From: Chthonomonadales bacterium
Lineage (GTDB): Bacteria; Armatimonadota; Chthonomonadetes; Chthonomonadales; CAJBBX01
Direction of reading: 5' to 3'
Assembly (NCBI GenBank): GCA_049967475.1
Contig: JBMFSQ010000015.1
Coordinates: 1 to 64,000 of the forward strand
Length of the DNA stretch: 64,000 nt
Part shown: positions 32,904 to 40,424 of the stretch, piece after piece
Layout: the number at the start of each line of letters is the position of its first letter
Numbering within the stretch: position 1 is the stretch's first letter
The notes under the pieces: generated by a model
Database searches by the model: none
What the model saw: the letters and a program-made list of their open reading frames with translations, nothing else
Told to the model about the DNA's origin: nothing
Position numbers and translations under genes: made by a program

Positions 32904-33012
32904 AGGATCTGTGGCTGTAGGGCTAAAGGAGGTGGTTGAGGTATGCAGCAGAGTGGGCGGCGAGGATTGGGCGGGTTGCAGCTTTGCCGTACCCCGCCGC
33001 CATTGCTTTGCG

Positions 33013-33354
33013 TTACTTGCTCTTGGGATCTCCCGGCAGGGTCCCCTTCTTGATCTCGTTAATATTCTTGACGCCGTCCTTGTCCGAATCCAGGTTCTCA
33101 ACCTTCTTCAGGATCTCCGGCGTCAGCTTCTTGCTCTTAGCCGCAGTCAGGGCCTTCTTGATGTCTTCTCCATAGGGGTTCAGCTTGGGAGTATGCCCTA
33201 CGTGGCAGGTCTCGCACGCTGCCTTATCCAAAGCCGAACCCTTGGGGATGTTCTTGTAGGTGCCCTTGAACACGGCGAGCATGGAGGGCACAGCTAGGGC
33301 TGCCGTAACCAGAAGCGTAAGGCCCATGGTCAGTGCGAAGCGGAAGGGTTTCAT
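33013..33354 (-). CDS. Small secreted monoheme cytochrome c with DxDxDG tail (paralog A)
   Basis: Signal peptide, CETCH, PKLNPYG, LDSDKDGVKN..EI..GTLPGDP; GGAGG RBS. Confidence 0.8.
   Translation of the reverse strand: MKPFRFALTMGLTLLVTAALAVPSMLAVFKGTYKNIPKGSALDKAACETCHVGHTPKLNPYGEDIKKALTAAKSKKLTPEILKKVENLDSDKDGVKNINEIKKGTLPGDPKSK
33061..33108. repeat. 48-bp exact direct repeat, copy 1
   Basis: aatattcttgacgccgtccttgtccgaatccaggttctcaaccttctt is identical at 36665-36712. Confidence 0.9.
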
Positions 33355-33458
33355 GGTAGCCTCCATACTGGTTGAAGTATCGGGTGGGCACATCGCCATG
33401 GTCTTCGCGGTCTGCGGTCGCACGACATGCGCTTGCGCAGGGGAGATGCACCCAATAA

Positions 33459-33474
33459 TGCAAGATACCTGCCC
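33459..33474 (-). promoter_or_regulatory. Candidate sigma54 -24/-12 promoter
   Basis: Minus strand GGGCAGGTATCTTGCA (GG-N10-GC, 2 mismatches to TGGCACG-N4-TTGCA), about 105 bp upstream of paralog A. Confidence 0.45.
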
Positions 33475-33524
33475 GCTTGGAACGCGGCAATAGGAAGTAA
33501 GCACTGCACGACGGGACTTGAGTA

Positions 33525-33770
33525 CTATTTCACAGACGGCGCCGAGTGCGTGGATATCTGAACTGAGATGGCTTGCGTGGGGCACTCACGGGCGCAAATG
33601 CGGCAACCGTTGCAACGGCTCGACATCCATGATGGGACCATGTCCTGCCCGCCGAAGGCAAGGGCGGCGGACGGGCAGACATCGGCGCAGACGGCACACG
33701 CGATGCACTGATCTTCTCGGATCGCCAGGTGTACGGAAACCGAGGGTTTAGAACTGGGATCCGCTGTCAT
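33525..33770 (-). CDS. 2x[4Fe-4S] ferredoxin
   Basis: CIACAVCADVCP and CNGCRICARECP; ATGA overlap with upstream gene. Confidence 0.88.
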   Translation of the reverse strand: MTADPSSKPSVSVHLAIREDQCIACAVCADVCPSAALAFGGQDMVPSWMSSRCNGCRICARECPTQAISVQISTHSAPSVK

Positions 33771-34441
33771 GGCTTTTGGGGATGGGAACTGGGATTCCCC
33801 CGCGATTGGGTTGTGGGCCGCGTTTTGAGGGTTTGGACTGCCGCGGCGATTGTGGCCCAGGCTGCAACGAGGGCGTTCAGCGGGGTGATGCAGCGGAAGG
33901 TGGTCTCGGCGAGGGCTGGGTTGAGATCGGAGCGAAGATGCATGAGGCCGGACCATGGGCCTGCAATGATGCCTCCGGTAAAGTATTCTTCTCCGGCTGC
34001 TTCCATGATAAAGGTGAAGCCGAACCACGCGCAGAAGGCAGCAACGGCAATCAAAGCAAAGGCAACCCGCCATCCTGGCGTACCTGGAGTGCGGCCGTTG
34101 TGGAAGGCTCGGATCACGAGGGCGGCCCCCGAGAGGGCAAAGGCCAGGGGTATGAAGGGTAATCCGAGTTTGATATCGGCCATGATATCCAGGTTCGTTA
34201 CGAACACGCCGATCAGGAAAACTACGAAGAGGAGGACATCGGGGGTGTAGTCAGCCAGCAGGTCCCAAACCTCGGATGCTACTCTCAGGGAAAGGCTCCT
34301 GCGGGCACCTTGCAGATATCCGCGTCCGGCGATGAGGGCCAGGATTACAAAGCACAGCAAGATTGCGCCGTCGGCCATGTTCTGCAGGGTCCAGATCTCC
34401 AGGCCTTTGCGCAATCCTGTTTCGATTTGTTCACTATTCAT
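33767..34441 (-). CDS. Hypothetical polytopic membrane protein
   Basis: 224 aa, about 5 hydrophobic segments, translationally coupled to the ferredoxin. Confidence 0.72.
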   Translation of the reverse strand: MNSEQIETGLRKGLEIWTLQNMADGAILLCFVILALIAGRGYLQGARRSLSLRVASEVWDLLADYTPDVLLFVVFLIGVFVTNLDIMADIKLGLPFIPLAFALSGAALVIRAFHNGRTPGTPGWRVAFALIAVAAFCAWFGFTFIMEAAGEEYFTGGIIAGPWSGLMHLRSDLNPALAETTFRCITPLNALVAAWATIAAAVQTLKTRPTTQSRGNPSSHPQKP

Positions 34442-34555
34442 GGGTCAAGCTCCTGGCCGGAAGGAAATCGGGGGTTTTCCAGGGGGCTCGGCGGAATTCC
34501 GATAGGTTCCGCTGGTTGATGATACCTGGTTTGCGCGATGCTTTGCGCGGCATTG

Positions 34556-34594
34556 ATGCATCGGGCCCCGCCGATTTGGCGAGACCCGATGCAT
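34556..34594. other. Stable stem-loop downstream of the cyc2-like gene
   Basis: ATGCATCGGG...CCCGATGCAT inverted repeat with inner CGCC/GGCG; no U-tract. Confidence 0.5.
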
Positions 34595-34629
34595 GAACAG
34601 GCCATTCCGGTTTGGGAACCAGGGCCGTC

Positions 34630-35940
34630 CTACCACATGAACCAGAACTGCATCCGCACCAAATCCTGGTTCACGCCGGGGCTGGGGCGCGTGCCCACCC
34701 ACTCCAGGTTTGTGCGGATGTTCTGCCCCAACATGTGTCCTACGCCCAGGGTGTACTGACGCACGTTGCGGGCAGGGTTGCCGGGAAACGTTCCGGAACC
34801 GTATGGGGACTCATCGCTATGGAGTGTGTCGAAGCGGAAGTACGGCACGGTGTCGCTGTTGAGTACGTACTGAGCTTCGATGAAGTAGGAGTTGACGTTG
34901 AAGGTCCCTCCGGTGCCTGTGAGAACGCCGCCGGACATGAGGGGCTTGTGGTGCGAGCCGTTCATGTACCCGGCGAGGAGTTCGAATGCGTTGCGTTCTC
35001 CTAATGGGAGCCGCCAGTTTCCAAGCACCATGAGGCGGTCGAAGCTATCCGTAATGGTGCCTGCATCATCCAAAGGCGTCTTGCCGGTGTAATAGAGAAG
35101 CTGCAAGGCGGATCCGGAATGCCCCAGCCATCGGATGTATTGGAAGAGCCAGTCGGGGCTGTTGATTGGCCTGCCTTCGTCTCCGTGGCCTGTGGAGTTG
35201 AGGCCGTTGAGATAGGCTACGGTGAAATGGTTGTCTCCCGAAGTGTAGCCCAAGTCTATCCCACGCTGGGTAGCATCTTGCGAGAAGGCGTTGATCTTCT
35301 GCCCAAACATAAGAGGCCGGCCGGTGCTTACGGGGCGATCGTTGGCCTTGTAGCCGTCTATTCCACCGAAGCCGAACTGCCCCAGTTTGGTGGAGAAGTA
35401 GTTGCCGGGCCTTCCGGAATAGTACTTTACCGTGGCAAACTCCATCTCGAAGGCGCTCTCTCCCAAATCGAAGCGCTTGGCGGCGCTGTTGTAACCGGGA
35501 GCGTGCTCGAGCATCACGGGCTCAAGGAAGTATCCCCAATTGCGGTCCGCAGGGCCCGTGAAGAACGCGATGATGCTGTTTACGTAGAACTGGGAGAAGC
35601 GCTTGGCGCCCTGGCGGGCGATATCGTCATAGCGCATCCGCGCCATGATGCTGACGGTGTCTGCGAAGTTTTAGCGGGTAACGCCCTGTTCGCCCTCGGT
35701 CTTCGTGCCGGGAATGAGCTTCTCGCCCATCTCGGAGGGCAGGCGGTAACCCAGGCGCCGGAATTCCCAGCCCGTACGGTTGAGGCGGGGGTAGAGGGGT
35801 TCGTGACACGTCGAGCAGGGAACCCCCAACCGGTTCGAGTACGCAGGCACGGCGGATGCCGGCATTTGTACTCCCATGCTTAGCAGCACCACAGCGCCGG
35901 CCGCGCAGGGAGCTGCTTGCAAGAGTGTCCTGATGCGCAT
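34630..35940 (-). pseudogene. cyc2: Cyc2-like fused monoheme cytochrome / outer-membrane beta-barrel interrupted by one in-frame TAA (35671-35673)
   Basis: AGGAGG RBS, signal peptide, AVPAYSNRLGVPCSTCHEPLYPRLNRTGWEFRRLGY; frame continues GVTR*NFADTVSIMARMRY into beta-strand-rich domain ending in QFWFMW; 436 codons. Confidence 0.75.
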
Positions 35941-36076
35941 TTCAAGATCCTCCTTGTTTTGATGTGTCATCTACGTGCGACAGCCGCACGGACATTTAGG
36001 CAACATTCCGAAACAATCCTGCATCAAGATTGTGGAACTCGGCGTGGATCCGTGGCCGGTTCCAGTACAATCCGAT

Positions 36077-36511
36077 TTATCGAACAACGAGCACAGGGCA
36101 GTGAGCGCGCTCGATGACGCCGTAGGACACGCTTCCGAGCCTGGCGGCCTGGCTCGTATTCAGACCGCGGCTGCCCATGACGATGAGGTCGAAATCACGC
36201 GATTCGGCAATCTGGGCGATCACGCTCACAGGGTCGCCCACCTCACCGAGGATGTCGCAGGGGACACCGGCATTTCGGATGATGGGAAGGGTCCGCTCCA
36301 CGACAGCCAGGTGCATATCTCGCACGTACCGGTCTACTGCCGGGAGGGAGAGTGTCGGCGCGCCTGGGAAGGGCTCGCTGACTTCGGGGATCTGGCAGAC
36401 GCTCAGCATGGTAAGCGCGGCATTAACGCTCTTGGCGAGTTCTGCTGCTACGCCTGCTGCTTTGATGGCCCGATCCGATCCGTCGGAGCAAACCAGGATT
36501 TTCTTGAACAT
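36077..36511 (-). CDS. Universal stress protein
   Basis: MFKKILVCSDGS, DLIVMGSRG, LGSVS, CPVLVVR. Confidence 0.95.
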   Translation of the reverse strand: MFKKILVCSDGSDRAIKAAGVAAELAKSVNAALTMLSVCQIPEVSEPFPGAPTLSLPAVDRYVRDMHLAVVERTLPIIRNAGVPCDILGEVGDPVSVIAQIAESRDFDLIVMGSRGLNTSQAARLGSVSYGVIERAHCPVLVVR

Positions 36512-36616
36512 CGCCTCTCCCCGTTGGCGCGTTGTTGAGGGGGTGCCTGTGCCCCGGTCCTGCGGTCTGCGAACAGAACCTGGGGCCGCCCTCCCCGAAG
36601 CGGTCCCAAGATCCCG

Positions 36617-36952
36617 CTACTTGCTCTTGGGATCCCCGGGTAGCGTCCCCTTGTTGATCTCGTCAATATTCTTGACGCCGTCCTTGTCCGAATCCAGGTT
36701 CTCAACCTTCTTGAGGACTTCCGGAGTGACCTTGTTGGTCTTGAGTTCCTTCATGGCCTTCTGGATGTCCACGCCGAAGGGGTTGAGCTTGGGGACCTGG
36801 CTGTGGCATACTGCACAATTCGCCTTGGCGAGTGCAGAACCCTGCGGGATTTTGAACGTCTGCTTGAAGACGGTGTAGAAGCTCGGCATAGCCAGCGCCG
36901 CAGCCGATGCCAGCATCAACGAGATGGCCAGGGTACTTCGCAATGCTCTCAT
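36617..36952 (-). CDS. Small secreted monoheme cytochrome c with DxDxDG tail (paralog B)
   Basis: Signal peptide, CAVCH, PKLNPFG, LDSDKDGVKNIDEI; clear paralog of 33013-33354. Confidence 0.8.
   Translation of the reverse strand: MRALRSTLAISLMLASAAALAMPSFYTVFKQTFKIPQGSALAKANCAVCHSQVPKLNPFGVDIQKAMKELKTNKVTPEVLKKVENLDSDKDGVKNIDEINKGTLPGDPKSK
36665..36712. repeat. 48-bp exact direct repeat, copy 2
   Basis: Identical to 33061-33108. Confidence 0.9.
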
Positions 36953-37215
36953 GGAACCGCTCCTTCTCTCGAGTTGCATTCGCGTGACCCGGGCAGGGCC
37001 AGCACGGCACATCGGCTCTACCTGCAGTTGATGCCTTTGGGGCGCCAAAGGCTGCCATGCGCTTCACCCGGGGGCGGTCGGTGTTCTTCCAATCAGGAAG
37101 ATGAAACATCGGCCGCTTTCCCTTTGTACAATACGGCACAAAGTGGCCGGGCATCAATGGGTATTAGGAAACAGCGGGCAGTACCGGGGTACTGATGAAG
37201 GGGAACCGGGGACGC

Positions 37216-38031
37216 CTAGGCTTCGATCACGTTCTGGTCAATGGCATAAAGGGCTATTTGGGTGCGGTCTCCCAAGGCCAGCTTCTCCAGGATACTGGAG
37301 ACATAGTTCTTGACCGTAGAGTACCCCAGGTGAAGTTCGTGGGCGATTTCCTTGTTGGACCGGCCTTGGGCGATGAGGGTCACTACTTGGCGTTCCCGCA
37401 GGGTGAGGCTCTCGACGCCGGACTTGGCGGGTGCTTCTCCTGGGCGGAGGGTGATGAGGTATTGCTGGGCCAACCGGGTAGCGGTGGGTAACTCCATCCA
37501 GTGCTGGCCTGCATGTACCGATCGGATGGCCTGCACGAGATACCGGAAGGAAGACTGTTTGCGTACCACTCCGTGGGCCCCCATCTTGAGGGCAATTTGC
37601 AGGCAGTCGTCGGGTTCGGAGAAGGCTTGTGAAACGACGCGCAAGGGCTGGTGGGATGCGCTGTTCCAATGCGGGTTCAGGATGACGCACTGCTCTTCAC
37701 GGCAATCCACGGTAACGATTACCCGTGTTTGGGGACTGATGGTGGGCAGAAGCCTCAGCGTCTCGAAAGCCGCCTGCTCGGGCAGGTGCACATCCACCAG
37801 CAGGACGTCGGGTTGCAGGTTTTCGATCTGCCTCACTGCAACCTGAGGATCGCTCCAGGTACCCACACATTCCAGGTCTTCAGTGCCCGCGAAGAGGGCT
37901 GCGAGACCCTCCCGGATGAGGTCATGGCTGTCCAGCACTGCTACGCGAATACGGGTTGCTTGCCAGGAAGCGCCACCGGGCCCTTCGCCGTTCCCTGGGT
38001 GCTTCTCGTCGCCGTTGGACCGGTTTTGCAT
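37216..38031 (-). CDS. NarL/LuxR-family response regulator
   Basis: REC (DSH, PDVLLVD) plus HTH LTLRERQVVTLIAQGRSNKEIA...TVKNYVSSIL. Confidence 0.92.
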   Translation of the reverse strand: MQNRSNGDEKHPGNGEGPGGASWQATRIRVAVLDSHDLIREGLAALFAGTEDLECVGTWSDPQVAVRQIENLQPDVLLVDVHLPEQAAFETLRLLPTISPQTRVIVTVDCREEQCVILNPHWNSASHQPLRVVSQAFSEPDDCLQIALKMGAHGVVRKQSSFRYLVQAIRSVHAGQHWMELPTATRLAQQYLITLRPGEAPAKSGVESLTLRERQVVTLIAQGRSNKEIAHELHLGYSTVKNYVSSILEKLALGDRTQIALYAIDQNVIEA

Positions 38032-38146
38032 AGGTTGTTCCTCTGGATCGCGAACCAGGAACGGAACCCCTGGGGCGCATTCCTGATGCGCGCGGCAGGA
38101 GCACCATTCCCTTTTATACCTACCCTATACTACCACAGAACCGGCT

Positions 38147-39382
38147 TCATTCTTCAGTGCTGCCCTGAGCCTTCCCGGCTGTGGCTGCGAGGGGATGGAC
38201 GGCATCCAAGATGCGGCGGGCGACCTCCCGCTTTGGGAGGTTGGGCAAGTCCTCCTGCCTTCCGTCCGGCCACAGAAGCGTGACAGTGTTCGTGTCTCCT
38301 TCAAAGCCGGCGCCGGGAGCGGACACATCGTTGGCGACGATGAGATCCAGGTTCTTGCGGCGGAGCTTGCCGGCGGCGTTTTCCAGCAGGTCCTCCGTTT
38401 CTGCGGCGAAGCCCACCAGCACCTGGTTGCGCTTGCGCTTGCCCAGCGTGGCCAAGATGTCCGGCGTCTCTACCAATCGGAGGGTCCGTGGGCGGCCCGT
38501 CTTGTGCATCTTATGGTCGGCCGGATGCGCGGATTGGTAATCGGCCGGGGCCGCGGCACCGATGAACAGTCGGCATTCCTCGAAGGCGCGTTCCGAGGCC
38601 AGGAGCATCTCTTGGGTGGTGGTGACGCGGATCACGTCTACGCCGTAGGGAGGTTCGAGCGCCGTTGGCCCCGTGATGAGCGTCACCGAGGCTCCGCGGG
38701 CGGCTGCTTCGGCGGCAAGGGCGTATCCCATCTTGCCGGATGAGCGGTTGGTGAGGAAGCGCACAGGATCCAGCGCTTCGCGCGTAGGGCCTGCGGTGAC
38801 CACGACGCGCACGCCTTCGTAGTCCCGTATGCGGGTAAGAACGCGGCGGATGGCTTCCACGATGCGGGGCGGTTCGGCCATGCGTCCCTGGCCTTCTGCG
38901 CGACACGCCAGGATGCCGTAATCCGGATCTATGATGATGATGCCGCGCTGGCGAAGCGTGCTCAGGTTCGCCTGGGTGGCAGGATGGGCGAGCATCACGG
39001 GGTTCATGGCAGGCGCCACGAGGATTGGAGCGCGGGCCGCCAGCAGGATCGTGCTGAGCAGATCGTCGGCAATGCCGTGGGCCATCTTCGCCAGGATGTT
39101 GGCTGTGGCCGGGGCCACCACGATGGCGTCGGCCGCTTGAGCCACGTCAATGTGGGCGATCTTCCCCTCGATGGGTTCGTCGAACAGAACCGAGAGAACG
39201 GGGTTGAGGGTGAGGGCGCGAAAGGTCGCGGCTCCCACGAAGCGGAGGGCGTTGTGTGTTGCAACTACCTGGACGTCTGCGCCCTCGTGGACCAGCAGGG
39301 AAGCCAATTCGGCCGCTTTGTACGCTGCGATGCTGCCGGTAACGCCGAGAACGATCTTGCGGCGGCTGAGAGGTCCGTTCAT
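38147..39382 (-). CDS. coaBC: Phosphopantothenoylcysteine decarboxylase / synthetase
   Basis: LGVTGSIAAYKA, APAMN, TAGPTRE.LDPVRFLTNRSSGKMG, VGFAAET. Confidence 0.97.
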   Translation of the reverse strand: MNGPLSRRKIVLGVTGSIAAYKAAELASLLVHEGADVQVVATHNALRFVGAATFRALTLNPVLSVLFDEPIEGKIAHIDVAQAADAIVVAPATANILAKMAHGIADDLLSTILLAARAPILVAPAMNPVMLAHPATQANLSTLRQRGIIIIDPDYGILACRAEGQGRMAEPPRIVEAIRRVLTRIRDYEGVRVVVTAGPTREALDPVRFLTNRSSGKMGYALAAEAAARGASVTLITGPTALEPPYGVDVIRVTTTQEMLLASERAFEECRLFIGAAAPADYQSAHPADHKMHKTGRPRTLRLVETPDILATLGKRKRNQVLVGFAAETEDLLENAAGKLRRKNLDLIVANDVSAPGAGFEGDTNTVTLLWPDGRQEDLPNLPKREVARRILDAVHPLAATAGKAQGSTEE

Positions 39383-40026
39383 CGCCGGCCGGCCTCCTGC
39401 GGACCCCCAGCCGGCGCTATGCGGCACCGTTCCGCCAGGATGATGGCGCGCAGAGCGGATGCGGCCTCGGCGAGCACGTCATTGACGATGAGATAGGTGT
39501 ATTCCACCGCAGCCTCCAACTCAGTTCGGGCGATGGCAAGGCGATTGCGGATGGCTGTGTCGTCATCCGATGCGCGGCTCCGGATGCGTCTCTCGAGCTC
39601 TTCCCAGGATGGCGGCGCCAAGAACACGAGGATGGCATCGGGCCATTTCTGCTTGACCTGTCGAGCGCCCTGCACCTCGATTTTGAGCAAAACATCTATG
39701 CCGGCAGCGGTGTGCTCCTCTACCCACGGGCGGGGCGTTCCGTACCACGCACCGTTGTAGAGGGCATACTCCAGGAACCTGCCCTGGGCGATGCCGTTCT
39801 CGAATTCCTCCCTCGTGAGGAACCAGTAATCCTTACCGTGAACCTCTCCCTCGCGCGGAGGCCGCGTGGTGGCGGTGACGCATCGCTCGATGCCCTGCGG
39901 CGCATCGGCGGCCTTCATCAGGGCGGTGAGGACGGCGTCTTTGCCGGAACCGCTGGGGCCCGAGAGCACAAACAGGCGGCCGTGCTGCGGCAACAGGTGT
40001 GAGATGAGCGGCGCATTGGCCTGCAT
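39379..40026 (-). CDS. gmk: Guanylate kinase
   Basis: LSGPSGSGK, TTRPPREGEVHGKDYWF, YGTP; AAGGAGG RBS. Confidence 0.96.
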   Translation of the reverse strand: MQANAPLISHLLPQHGRLFVLSGPSGSGKDAVLTALMKAADAPQGIERCVTATTRPPREGEVHGKDYWFLTREEFENGIAQGRFLEYALYNGAWYGTPRPWVEEHTAAGIDVLLKIEVQGARQVKQKWPDAILVFLAPPSWEELERRIRSRASDDDTAIRNRLAIARTELEAAVEYTYLIVNDVLAEAASALRAIILAERCRIAPAGGPQEAGRR

Positions 40027-40324
40027 GTGGAGGGCCTCCTTTGGGTTCAAGAGGTCGCGGGCGTTCCTGGCGATTATAGCACCGGCGCGCACGGCTGTAA
40101 ACGCTGTGGAGGTATGTTCCAACCCTCTCGTTTGGGGCGCCTCTCCGGCGCGGTGACGATGTCCGGATGAGCGGGCGGCGTTGGGCTCAAGGGGATTTCA
40201 GCAGGGGTCTTCACCGTTACATCGGGAGCATCCGCGGGCGGGGATGCAGGCGCCGGCGCGCACCGGGACGCCTAGCCTGAAGGACAAAAAAGTTTTTGCT
40301 TGCAAAGGTTCCAAACCGCGAGTT

Positions 40325-40340
40325 TGGCACGTTTCTTGCA
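40325..40340 (+). promoter_or_regulatory. sigma54 -24/-12 promoter
   Basis: TGGCACGTTTCTTGCA is an exact match to TGGCACG-N4-TTGCW, 84 bp upstream of ATG 40425. Confidence 0.8.
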
Positions 40341-40424
40341 GGGATGTAAATCGGGGGCCGCAGTGCGCCGAGAGGCTGTAGGGACCCGGTGCGCGCACCT
40401 TGGGCTTCCAGAAAGGGGATTGCC

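Noticed and set aside
36953..37215. Riboswitch (e.g. c-di-GMP) in the cytochrome leader
   Set aside because: Only one clear hairpin; the conserved aptamer motifs could not be identified by eye.
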